A stretch of 63,499 nucleotides of DNA, filler included, from Octopus bimaculoides (GCF_001194135.2; 9 parts of 8 records of this genome joined end to end with filler, not necessarily neighbours in it), one strand, 5' to 3'. Counted from the whole stretch's first letter, positions 51,580-63,499 are shown. Program-made: numbers and translations. Notes: a model not told the origin generated them from the letters alone.

Positions 51580-52329
51580 ATGTATGTATGTATGTATCTA
51601 TCTATCTATCTATATGTATATGTGTATATATGTATATGTGTATGTATATATGTATATGTTTATTATTCCTGTATTGTGTGTGTATGTGTATGCGTGAGTG
51701 TGTGTGTTGAGCGGAATGAGCCAAGACAAACCATTGACAGACAGACTGACTTACAGGTAACTCGTACCTGTCTATATATATCGGTGTCAAACGAAGAAGA
51801 TGCTATTTCAAGGAGTGGCGCACTATTGTCCTTAATCTCTCGCCTTCCTCTCCTTCTCACAAACACATTCTCTCTGCCTCTCTCCTCCCCCCACTCTCCA
51901 CTTTTTTTTTTTTACACCGACGTGTCAAATAGTGAAATATTGAAACTTCGATTTATCTGTCATCAGTATCAATAAACACAGCCGGGCCGCGAAATTTATT
52001 TTCCCACGAGAGTTCCGAACCCCAGTAATGAACTCATTTGCATACAGCCAATCAGAGCTCACCTTGACCTTGTTGTCAAGTTAACAAAGGCTGGCATTCA
52101 AAATGGCGACCTCCGATTGCCATGCGGATCTTGTATTGTACTCTCATTCAGATGCCAATATCATTTAAACTGAACATATATGCTTGTTAGCGGTGAGTTT
52201 GAATTACTATAGCAATAAACGATAATGTTTTTGACGAATGTGAAAGTACGGAAACTGCTTGAAGGTTTTATAAACACACTAAATAAAACATAAAAGTAAA
52301 AAATGGTGCCCGCCAAATCAGAAAGATCC

Positions 52330-52650
52330 AAGGTTAGGGTACTTAACTGGTACTTTATTTTATCGACCTTGGAGGGAAGGAAGGCAAAGGGGAATTCAAA
52401 CTCAGAACGTAAAGAGCCGGAAGAAATACCACAAAACATTTTGTCCGTTTTGCTAATGATTTTGCTAATCTAACATCCTCAAAAGTAAGTGTTTTTAATT
52501 TAGACAGAAGACCTGAAATTTGGGGTGAATAAAGGTCAGTCGAATATATCGACCCCAGTACTTCAGTTTATCGACTCGGGAGGGATGAAAGGCAAAGTTG
52601 ACCTCGGTGTGATCTGAACTCAGAACTTGAAGAATCAGAAGAAAATATCG
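52330..52650 (-). mobile_element. Two adjacent SINE family B fragments
   Basis: ggtactttattttatcgacc..gaaaggcaaag..gaattcaaactcagaacgtaaag and tatcgaccccagtac..gatgaaaggcaaagttgacctcgg..gaactcagaac. Confidence 0.75.
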
Positions 52651-53411
52651 ACGCTCCGGTGTCTACCAATCAACCACACTTGAATAATGTTTGTAAATCT
52701 ATACACGAGATCTATTTCTTTTTGAAATATCGAGTAGGTAGAGATAACTTTCGATGTTATATAAGATAAACGTCATGTCGTATGGATACCCATTCTCCTT
52801 TGGCTTGAATATCACCATGCATTCATCTCTTTTTACGTGTTGCCGTGTATATAGACACGTTATGCACTCACTGAATACCTTAGCTGTTGCTCCATAGCAT
52901 TGCATTCATCTCTTTTTACTCGTTGCCGTGTACATAGACACGTTATGCACTTGCTGAATACCTAAGCTACTGCTCTATAACTAACAAGTGCATTTGCTAA
53001 TGATATGAATGGTGAAAGGAGACGTGAAAATGATAGCAATACGCGTGTGCGTGTGCGTGTGCGTGTGTGGATTAATGAGTATTGTCTAGAGTTGCTGTCT
53101 TTGTTGATATTGTTGGTGTAGGCTCTGGACAATCCTGACAGCTTCCGGCAGATTGAATTTCCTGAAGCTGTCGCCGAGTACAGAACGTAGAGTGATACAA
53201 TTGTTTACTGTATTTACTGACTTATTTTGTATCGTATCAATTTGAGAAAGAACAAGCCCACGGCTGTCAGTAAAACGTCAATTGAGAAATCATTTGACCC
53301 CGGGTTCGATTCCAATTTTCGGTAACTTAGATAAATGCATTCTACCATAACTTTGAATCAACCGATTCCCCGTCCGTCGAATTTGACTATTTCTTCGATA
53401 TTGGCCTGGAG

Positions 53412-53779
53412 TAGTGGTTCTCAACAGGGATCTATATGGTCCGTGAGTGTCCATGCAATATTTTGGAGATTCCACATCACAAAATAGTAAAATAGAGATT
53501 CACAATAGTATTTTAAGGACCCCTGATAAAAAATTTGCATTAGATGTACGTATTGCTATGTATTGCTAGAAACAGGTAGGCATCTTTCTGTAGGTTTCTT
53601 TCTCTAACATTTTACATTGTTCAACCTACTCAAGTTAATGTGCGTAAAACAAAATAGCAATTTTGAAAGTTTCTATAAAACTAGTTTTTTTTTTTCAAAA
53701 ATCAAATGGCTATGGGGGTCCACCGAAATAAAATAGTAATCAAAGGGGTCCATAGATTAAAAATGGTTGAGAACCCCTG
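53412..53779. mobile_element. hAT (Charlie-like) non-autonomous element
   Basis: TIRs tagtggttctcaac / gttgagaacccctg; 8-bp flanks gcctggag (53404-53411) and gtctagag (53780-53787) match at 6/8 and fit the NTCTAGAN target preference. Confidence 0.85.
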
Positions 53780-53954
53780 GTCTAGAGAGTGTAGGTAAGG
53801 GGGAAATAACGCCATTCACCCATTATTTCAGCTTAGCCTCTTTATGAATGTCATGAGGGAAGGTTGTGTAATGAATGACGTCGTGTACTAATATCGAAGG
53901 ACTGCCCGAATTTGATACGGGGAAACTGTGTGGAAGCCCCTCGTATTTGAACGT

Positions 53955-54555
53955 ACATACATAATGTAGACACAACAAAGTAGCCCAAAACCTCCACTGG
54001 CTACTATGCTGTAAGTATGGATATGGGGTTACGGGTGCTTGGTACCAACATACATCGGAAAAGGTAATGGACGAAAAGGAGAAGGCAAATATTCTCTGGG
54101 ACTTTGATTTCCAGACAGACAAAGTGTTAGAGCACCGAAGACTGGATATAGTAACTTTTAGGTGGGACAAACAAGAGTGCCTAATAATCGACGTAGCAGT
54201 GCCAGGAGAGAAACACATCGTCATGAAAGAAAGAGAAAAAGTTGATAAATATGGAGACCTGAGAATTGAGATCGCTAAGATGTGGCAGCTACGAGAGTCG
54301 AATATAAAGTTTATCCCTATTGTCATCGGAGCATTGGGTTCAATACCACCCAATCTAAAAAAACATCTGAAAACCTTAGAGATACCTTACAATCTAGATG
54401 TATTGCAAAAGTCGGCACTACTTGGAACTACACGCATATTGCGTAAAGTACTGTCTGTCTGACGTCCTTCTTGTGGCTTGACAAACAGTACAAACCCCCG
54501 GTAGACACAATATCTTCAATCAACAACCTCACGATATTGTATGCTGTGCGATGTC

Positions 54556-54557
<2 letters not shown>
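53955..54557 (+). mobile_element. Dong/Rex6-like (R4 clade) retrotransposon 3' end with open RLE domain and (TAA)n tail
   Basis: RHNKVAQNLHWLLCCKYG..WYQH..KV, then ILWDFDFQTDKVLEHRRLDIV..IIDVAVPGE..KEREKVDKYGDL..IPIVIGALG..LQKSALLGTTRILRKVL* (stop at 54462). Confidence 0.9.

Positions 54558-54645
<88 letters not shown>
54558..54645. repeat. (TAA)n followed by (TGA)n
   Basis: Direct reading of the sequence. Confidence 0.95.
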
Positions 54646-55085
54646 AAGATCAAACAGATCAGGTGCTAGAGTATAACAGACAGGACCTAGTGGTGGTGGA
54701 CAAGGTGCATCACATATGCTATATAGATGATGTTGCATGCCCCTTTGACCTATGAATAGTCAAGAAGGAAGACGAAAAGATTGATAGATACAACCCTCTT
54801 AAGTACGAAATAGCCCAGCTATGGAAAATGAAGTTGAAGATAGTGACAATTATTGTTGGTTCCTTGGGAACAGTATCAGAAGGCATCAAGGGGAATATAA
54901 AGGAAATTGGAATAATAGAATGCCCAGTAGAACTGTTACAAAAGGTTTGCTTCCATGGCATGGCCAGAATAATCAGCAAATATTAGCTGAAAAGAACGAA
55001 TGGCATGGTACCGTAGGCTGCAGGTAGCAAGCCCGCTACGCATGCAAGACTCCAGAAGCTCGAACAAAACCTTTGATAAAGAGAT
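54646..55085 (+). mobile_element. Second, distinct Dong-like RLE 3' fragment with (CAA)n(TAA)2 tail
   Basis: QTDQVLEYNRQDLVVVDK..CYIDDVACPFD..KKEDEKIDRYNPLKYEIAQLWKM..IIVGSLG..LLQKVCFHGMARII. Confidence 0.85.
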
Positions 55086-55118
<33 letters not shown>

Positions 55119-55492
55119 AATAAAATATCAATATATACACACGTGTACATACATACATACATACATACATACATGACGACCGCTCCATCTTGACAGACGA
55201 TAGCCATCCCATCAACAATCCACACATATCATCACGCAGTACAATCACTCCGTTGCTGAGCCCTCAAGTGACTTTGAAGTCCGACTGCTGAGCGACAAGG
55301 TCTACAGCACAGATGACAAATGTTCAGGCCTCTCGATCCTTGCCCGCTGGTATCTGATTCTAAGGAAACGCTTCTGTGAACCAGTATATGTCNNNNNNNN
55401 NNNNNNNNNNNNNNNNNNNNNNNNNNNNNNNNNNNNTTAATTAATTAANNNNNNNNNNNNNNNNNNNNNNNNNNNNNNNNNNNNNNNNNNNN

Positions 55493-55532
<40 letters not shown>

Positions 55533-56519
55533 TGCGTGTATTGAAGACATGATATTCTGAGTTTAAATGATAGCTTTCTATCACTGATCTCCTTGTGGCG
55601 GAAACAGGTACGCTATGATAGTGATAGCTTTTGAGTGTTTGCTTCTGATAGTTAAACTGGCTCAACTTCCAGTGAGAAGTGTTGAAAACTTGTCCAGGTC
55701 CTGAACCGGCGTGAGGCAGTCCGTTTGTAATGAGATAATCATCGGCAATCCACATCTTTCAAGCAGTGCTTGCTGAGTGGTGTTCGGTGTTGCGATGAAA
55801 GGCACAGTTTGGGACAATGCGGGAAGCGCACGACGGAAGGACAGGTTCAGAATTTTTTACTGGATAGCATGAGTGGTCAGACTCTCTAACGACCGCTCAC
55901 TCTAGTTTCTAATACTGGGACAAAGTAGCTAACAATATTAGAGGATGATTATGATGAAGAAGATGTGTGACAAAACCAACGAGAAGAAGAAGAGTAACAG
56001 CAACAGTAATATGGGATTATAACATCAAAAACACTTAAAATATGATATGTTATAGGAGAATTTTAAAGCAGTGAATGGCTGACTGTATCATACCGGACAA
56101 CATGCCTTGCGATATTTTATTACTCACTCTCGTTCTTCTCATTACTCTATGGACAATAAAATAGCCAGTAGCATACTGAATCAACCCATCGAATCTACTC
56201 ATTCCCTAAACGTTAGTTGCCTTCCCGCAATGTAAGAAATCAATATATGAGAACGTAATTGAAGTATCAAACTGATATATTGTTATTGTTGTGAAAGTAT
56301 TGACGAAATCTGTGAGTACAGAGTGAACCCAATATTTGTTCTATTTCTGACCCGAATATCAGGCTAAAATATATGCAAGTTGAGCATTTCACGTAAGGCG
56401 CCTAAGAGGATTTACACTAATACTTAAGAAGAGCAGTAAAGTCGATTATATAAATCGTTTCTTGTTGGTCGTGTTAAGATGAAGATTTCTGCTGCAAGGT
56501 ATTAATGAAATACTGCTCC

Positions 56520-56587
<68 letters not shown>

Positions 56588-56979
56588 TTGTTCACTTATT
56601 TATCTATTTACGTGTGCGCACGAATGTACACGCAATACATCTCCCAGTTTATTGTGCACGGCAGGATGGCCATGGTTTGAATACCTTTAATTCCAGGGAC
56701 TGCAAAAGCCATAAGCCTAGGAATGGTCAGTTGAATTGCTAGAAATATCAAAAAAAAATCTTCCTAAACTCATACACCTTACATTCATACAAAAGCAATG
56801 ACTCACTGAAAAATCTAGTCACCAGTATACAGGAAAACAGAATGGTCACGCCTAGTGCCTCATTTTCCATAAACTTGCTTGATGAAAGTTAAATTGAGGC
56901 TTGACAATAATAAAAATTGGGGCTTAACAATAATAAAAAAACTAGCAATAATAACTAAAGAAGTCTCTAAATAGTAGAT

Positions 56980-57255
56980 CGACGTGCTAGAAACAGCAGC
57001 CATATCTTATTAAAAATATCCTACATCTTAAAATCGGAAAGGTACATTACAGAATGTAGTATGTGATGCATAAAACGACGGATGGCCAAGTCTGGTTGGC
57101 TTTCATCAGAGGCCTGCTTAACCTAGAATAAATAAATCAGATGTTCCTCAACTCGTACCTCCAACCTTCCTTTTGAAATAAGAAAGTTGGATAACTTGCC
57201 GTGGAACGCTATCAGCATAGCCTGCTCGATGAGGGTTAACCTGGAGCTAGGTATA
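56980..57255 (+). mobile_element. Old interspersed repeat, family D
   Basis: gacgtgctagaaacagcagccatatct..cctacatcttaaaa..cattacagaatgtagt..gacggatggcca..; a second tail catagcctgctcgatgagggttaacctggagcta. Confidence 0.5.
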
Positions 57256-57295
57256 AAGAATTCTAGCTTATTGCGCACAGTCCCACACGCATATA

Positions 57296-58515
57296 TAGGG
57301 TATCCCGAAATTAAGGCAACTGAAGTTTCGAGCTTTAATAACTATCGATAAATGTGATAAGATACATGAAAACTATACAACATTATAAAATAATGTTTTA
57401 GACTAAATAAATTTAGATTTATAAATTAGATAATAGCTATGGACTGAAATACAATCATAACTCTCGACAAAGAAGGCAAAAGTAAGACAGCTATAGCAAA
57501 AAAGCTTAAAATTAACTGAAGAACAGTCTGGAAAATTGTCAAAAAATTTCAAGAGACTGGTTCCATCGCTGATCGACCTGGACGTGGCCTAAAAAGAAGT
57601 GTACAAACTCCTCAGCTGATCAAAAGTACCAGAGAAAAGATATGGCGAAATCCTCGGAATCCCGTCAGAAAATTGACTGCCACTGCAAAAATAAGCCGAA
57701 TATCAATGTATCGCATGCTGAGGGAGGATCTTAGGTCCCACCTCTACCGTCATGAGCTCACGCAAGTTTATAAGGCCATGAGACAGAATAGAAGTTGTCT
57801 TATCCTGTGTAAGATTGCTGAAGGTACGCTGCCCAACCTGGTGTTCACTAATGAAAAGAAATTTGACATCGAACAGACAGTAAACCACCAGAATGACCGA
57901 CTTTGGAGTGTATCTGGCTAGACTCGTAAATCGACGTCAAAATCCATCGTCAGTTATTGTTTGGGCGGCTGTGACAGCCACTGGAAGGTCTCCCCTCGAT
58001 TTTTTTCCCCCCGGGTGTTGAAATTACATAGCGACATTCCGGAAGCTGAACTGCTTCCATGGGCGAATGAACATTTTCAAGGCGAACCATAGAGCCTCCA
58101 GCAGAACTCGACACCATCCCATGGTTCCAAACAGACACAACACTGGATTTAGAAAAACACTCCGTCTTTCATAGGCAAAGATATATGGCCCTCAAGAAGC
58201 CCTGATTTCAACCTGTTGGATTTTTATGTTTTGTCCATTTTGGAGACGAGGGTCTCGAGCACTTCTCATGCTTCGCTCGACGTTCTGAAGGCAAAACTGC
58301 GTCAGGAATGGGCTTCGATTCTGCAATAACAGCTGCATGCCGCATGTGAAGCATTCACACCTAGACTTAAGAGGTGGTCATAGCAAATAAATGTGGTAGT
58401 GTCATAATTGTGTTTCCTTTACCATTGCATTGCAGCGCTTGGACTAGAAATATAACAATTATTTGCTTTGGAAAAATTGAAAAAAAGTTGTTTGCCTTAA
58501 TTTTGGGACACCCTG
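57296..58515 (+). mobile_element. Full-span but pseudogenised maT (DD37D) Tc1/mariner transposon
   Basis: TIRs (c/t)agggt(a/g)tccc(g/a)aaattaaggcaa at both ends with TA flanks. TVWKIVKKFQETGSIADRPGRG, LVFTNEKKF, and QQNSTPSH..WPSRSPDFNLLDF with exactly 37 residues between the second (D to N) and third catalytic positions. Confidence 0.88.
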
Positions 58516-59136
58516 TATAAGCGTTTCGAGAAGATCTGAGTAAATGGTATTGATAATCCACAATAATGACAAAATATCGGTATCTACCATTCTCGGTGAT
58601 TCCGAGGCGAGCTTTTTCGCGTGATCTGTGATATTTTGGTGTTGTTTAACACTCAGCGGGAGCTTTCCCCGGCGCTTTTGTTTGGCGTATAAACAAAAAG
58701 GATGCGCTATGCATGTAAGATCGATAATATTTACATTACTAGAGTTGCTTCTAATTCGTAATTTAATTTTCTTTCTCATTTGTTGCGCCGCAGCACATCA
58801 ACAAATAAACTTCGCTTTATTTGCATATAAGTCACAGACCAGCGATTCATTTTGTTTCGAGATGATCCGAGTACATGTTATTGATAATCCACAATAAAGG
58901 CGAAATATTGGTATCTACCATTCTCGGCGATTCTGAGGCAGGTTATCTTCTGTAGTCTGTGACATTCATGTGTCCTTTAACATTCAGTAGGGAGCTATCC
59001 CGCGGCAATTTTGACATGTAAACGAAGCACATGCACTATATATGCTAATACATACATACATACATACATACATACATACATACATACACACACACACATA
59101 CATACATACATACATGCAAACGCGCGTGCACGCACG

Positions 59137-59206
<70 letters not shown>

Positions 59207-59624
59207 AATATAAAATTAATCAAATCAAATACTAAGCATGTCTACCTGCTGGAAATAACAGTCAAAACTCTTATCTAAATCGCCAAAATACACTGATAAT
59301 AACTACAGAAATCAACCATCCGAAAGCAANNNNNNNNNNNNNNNNNNNNNNNNNNNNNNNNNNNNNNNNNNNNNNNNNNNNNNNNNNNNNNNNNNNNNNN
59401 NNNNNNNNNNNNNNNNNNNNNNNNNNNNNNNNNNNNNNNNNNNNNNNNNNNNNNNNNNNNNNNNNNNNNNNNNNNNNNNNNNNNNNNNNNNNNNNNNNNN
59501 NNNNNNNNNNNNNNNNNNNNNNNNNNNNNNNNNNNNNNNNNNNNNNNNNNNNNNNNNNNNNNNNNNNNNNNNNNNNNNNNNNNNNNNNNNNNNNNNNNNN
59601 NNNNNNNNNNTATATATATATATA

Positions 59625-59800
59625 TGCGTCTGTGTGTGTTTGCATTCCCATAACTTAGCGGTTCGGCAAAAGAAGCCGATAGCATAAATATCAGGCTTAA
59701 AAAAACGTACTCGGGCCGATTCATTTGACTAAAATTCTTCAAGGCGGTACCCCAGGATGGACTCAGTCTAACGACTGAAACAAATACAAGAATAAAAGAT
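59625..59800 (+). mobile_element. SINE family A, 3' half following a gap
   Basis: cataacttagcggttcggcaaaag..ccgatag..ggcggtaccccag.atgg..cagtctaacgactgaaacaa. Confidence 0.82.
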
Positions 59801-60183
59801 TTCTGAAACATCTCACCTTAAATCGTAATATATCCTTTCTTCATTCTAATCCACTTTTGCTATGTCATCTCTCATTATTTAGTGTGTATTCCCATATATT
59901 CATTATTTATTTTGAAATAGTTTCATTTAACTACTAACGTGTATATTTTCTCCAATGTACTTGATTTAATAATATAATTCTATTGTTCAAGCTGTCATTA
60001 ATACTTTTTCAATAACAATTTGTATTTTCATCACATACTCATCACAATTTGACTCACAATTATATCTTAGGTAATTTTCGGAGATACAAGATTTAGTTAT
60101 ATTTCTTTGCATGTAAATTTAGTGGCATAATTCTATCTACAGTTGCCTTTTATACACTTGCTTTTATAATTATATTTACGTGC

Positions 60184-60264
<81 letters not shown>

Positions 60265-60289
60265 CTATCTATAAATCTATATTTATATA

Positions 60290-60830
60290 CGATACTCAAC
60301 TGAAAGTTAAAGGGCTGATCACTTTTATGGAATGTGACCAAATGAGGTTTATTTTTCAACATAGTACCCTCTGTGGTTGACACTTTTTTTTCCATCGGTA
60401 TTGTAGTGCTTGGACTCTTTTTGTGAAGAAGCTTTCATTCTGTTGGTCAAAGAAGACACCAACAGCATATATGACGACACTGGTTCTCAACCAAGTGTTT
60501 TTTCATGCTGGGGAAAGATGATAGTTAGATGGGGCCAAATCAGGAGAATAGAGGTTTTGATCAACACTCACAGTCAGTCATTCAGAGCAGCCATTGAAAC
60601 TAAGGACTTCTGTACAGGAGCATTGCCCCGATGAAACAAGACTCATTTCGGCAGTTTTCATGGGCGTTTGATCTTGAGAGCATTTCGTAACTGTCTTAGA
60701 AAGATGGCATGGTATTCTCCATTGATGGTGTGGTCCTTTTGAAGACAGTCAATAAACACAATGCGTTTTGCACCCCAAAAAACTGAGACCATCATTTCCC
60801 TGCAGATGAAACGACCTTGGCTTTCTTCTA
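60290..60830 (-). mobile_element. Mariner transposase C-terminal relic
   Basis: Minus fragments MVSVFWGAKRIVFIDCLQKDHTINGEY, VLFHRGNAP, and FFTKRVQALQYRWKK..RGYYVEK*. Confidence 0.8.
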
Positions 60831-61021
60831 TACCTTACATAACATGTATGTATATATGTATGTATGNNNNNNNNNNNNNNNNNNNNNNNNNNNNNNNNNN
60901 NNNNNNNNNNTTAATTAATTAANNNNNNNNNNNNNNNNNNNNNNNNNNNNNNNNNNNNNNNNNNNNAGATAGATAGATATAGATATATATATATGTGTAT
61001 ATGTATATATATATATACATA

Positions 61022-61052
<31 letters not shown>

Positions 61053-61228
61053 GTTCCTACATATATAACATATGTATGTGTGTGTGTGTGTGGAGAGAAA
61101 GAGTTAGATTGAATTTTTTGGGTGTTTAATATATTTTTTAAGTAAGGATTATTTATATAAAATATGTAATATAAATATACATGTGTGATGTGACACGTGT
61201 GGTTCAATTGTGGGTAACCTCAATCTTT

Positions 61229-61299
<71 letters not shown>

Positions 61300-61416
61300 G
61301 AGACACAAACACACACACAGACATACATGTATATATACACGAGTGAATAGACAGGAGAAAGTGGCACTCAACACATTTGGGTGAAAGTTTACAAACATAC
61401 ATACATGTACATTTCA

Positions 61417-61448
<32 letters not shown>

Positions 61449-61635
61449 ATACATGCACACAGACACACATAGACACAAACACACATACAGACACACATAG
61501 ACACAAACACACACACACACACACATGTATATATACACGAGTGAATGGACAGCCGAAAGTGGCACTCAATACATTGGGTGAAAGTTTACAAACATACATA
61601 CATGTACATTTCTACCCATACACACAAACACATAT

Positions 61636-61697
<62 letters not shown>

Positions 61698-62031
61698 AGA
61701 TATATGTACACACACCTGAACACGAGAGGGACGAAGCACTGGAAGAAGGAAAGAACAACTTAAAAATTGCGAAACAGGTACGTAAATAAATATATAGATC
61801 GATAGATACGATAATTAGACAGATGGACAGGTAGATACGCAGATAGGTAGATAGGTACTCAGGTAAATACGAGGGGTAGTCGCAGAAATTTAAAAGGTAA
61901 AGGAGAAACTGAAAGGTAGTTTAAATAAACATCAGCGATGATATTATATTAGTTCAAAGACAGTCGGATAGAAAGATAGACATACAAAATACACACTTAT
62001 TGATAATTATTATCCACTAACTTACAAACAC

Positions 62032-62080
<49 letters not shown>

Positions 62081-62789
62081 CATATGTACATAGATAGATA
62101 GGAGACCAAAGTGTACGTACACTGCTATATATATATATATATATATAAACACAAAATGGGACAAGAATGGGACGGATGATTTGTTGTCCCTTTTTTGTAT
62201 CACCTAACTGCCTGGATGTTTTGCGTTCTTGTCCTATTTTGTATAATATATACATACATATATACATACATACAGACTGACAGACATACATATATATACA
62301 GACATACATACATAAATACATTCATAGTGAATAATAAACAGATAAATAGATTAAATATATGGACAGGGCAGAGCAGAGATAAGTTAAATCGTACATGGAC
62401 GGGTGGATTATCGAAATAAATAAATACATATGCAGGGTAGATGGATCCTGGATTAATAAAGTATCGCAACTGTTAACTTTCAATAATTTAAATAAATAGT
62501 TATATGTTTAAAAAAAAAATTTTTTTATATATAATTGCATTACAAAGTTTTGATTTCAACACAGAATAACTGTTATGTAACTTGAGGTTCACGCGGCATG
62601 TGTACCTGTTTGTGCGTGCGTGCATGTGTGTGTGTGTGTGTGTATGAGTGTGTTTGCGTGTGTAGAAAGAAAGAAGAAAGAAAGAGTATGCTTGTGTGAG
62701 AGCGAGAGATAGAGAGATAGTGGCGTGTGTTTGTACTTGCATGCGTGTGTGTCTGCGCATGTGGCATACATGATATATAACGTATGTAT

Positions 62790-62796
62790 GTTATTA

Positions 62797-62868
<72 letters not shown>
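62790..62868. repeat. (ATT)n microsatellite ~45 nt inside the SK intron
   Basis: Direct reading; source of the spurious poly-I at the end of ORF 62573..63385. Confidence 0.95.
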
Positions 62869-62869
<1 letters not shown>

Positions 62870-62905
62870 AATAAACAAGGAAGAGAAGAAATCTTTTGCT
62901 GTGTC

Positions 62906-62911
62906 ACTTAC
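62906..62911 (-). promoter_or_regulatory. 5' splice donor GTAAGT of the SK exon (phase 0)
   Basis: Minus strand reads TAT GGC AAG|gtaagtgac; SK similarity stops exactly here. Confidence 0.9.
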
Positions 62912-63499
62912 CTTGCCATATACGTCAGCCATGGTCAGTTCGGTTTCCAACACCATAACGGCGATGCCAAACATACCGAAAACAAGACAATAGTCGGAGA
63001 TACGTTTCCTGCGTTCGTATAGCGCTTTCCTCTTGCCCAACCTATAACCGACGTTGGGTTTTTGTCGTTCCTTTGCAGGTTTGTCGTCCACAAAACGAGG
63101 ATAGTCACTGCTACTTCCACCGCCAACCAGAGCCACGCCAACATCTTCCGAGGTATAACTCATCTTAGACGATGTGGGCAATGACTGCATAGAGTTGGGC
63201 TTCTGGAGTTGCTTAAACGAGCCAATTGCCCCATTGACTCGCATATAATCGGCTCCAATATCGGATAAAAAATCCTTAGCTTTCTGCTTGCACTCTTCTC
63301 GTTCTCGTTGTTGTTGTTGTAACTGTTGTTGTTGTTGTAATAGTTGTTGTGCTGTTGTTGTCGGTGGTGGATGTGTTTGTTGCAAATGTTGTAACTGTTG
63401 CTGTGTTTGTTGTTGTGACGGACGCTGTTGTTGTGTTTGTTGTTGTTGTTGTTGTTGTTGTGCTTGTTGTGTATGCTGTGTATGTTGTTGATGGTGGTG
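62912..63499 (-). CDS. KCNN/SK: Small-conductance Ca2+-activated K+ channel (SK/KCa2), N-terminal coding exon through S1; 5' end lies outside the window
   Basis: [50 protein letters not shown] is the hallmark SK pre-S1/S1 sequence. The frame is open from the window end (HHHQQHTQ...) to the donor at 62911. The M at 63385 in the ORF track is really TTG (Leu). Confidence 0.93.

Noticed and set aside
62573-62911. C-terminal part of ORF 62573..63385 (VSDTAK..poly-I..)
   Set aside because: Intron read-through past the GTAAGT donor into (ATT)n and (CA)n repeats
63288-63491. Cys-rich plus-strand ORF resembling a metallothionein or keratin-associated protein
   Set aside because: It is the antisense reading (TGT/TGC) of the CAA-rich SK N-terminal frame

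Overview
Repeat-saturated, AT-rich animal genomic scaffold with many N gaps. Eight of the gaps carry an artificial TTAATTAATTAA six-frame-stop linker. The SINE families, microsatellite load and gene content look most like an octopus (coleoid cephalopod) draft assembly; that species assignment is inference. The one confidently identified host gene is a small-conductance Ca2+-activated K+ channel (SK/KCNN family). Its first large coding exon (Q/H-rich N-terminus through S1) lies on the minus strand at 62912-63499 and ends in a canonical GTAAGT donor. I found no further SK exon, so the remaining ~62.9 kb is probably intron. It holds a ~4.2 kb CpG-rich ACGAA/ACGT satellite with higher-order structure, at least three tRNA-derived SINE families, five R4/Dong-type RLE retrotransposon pieces that all abut microsatellites, Penelope-like and Tx1/L1-like relics, Tc1/mariner/maT/pogo relics, MITEs and a patterned telomere-like tract. 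One linker-bounded contig is CpG-depleted and carries a plus-strand coiled-coil-like exon. Almost all ORFs in the supplied track are microsatellite or gap artefacts. All protein and repeat family calls come from motif recognition by eye, not from database searches.
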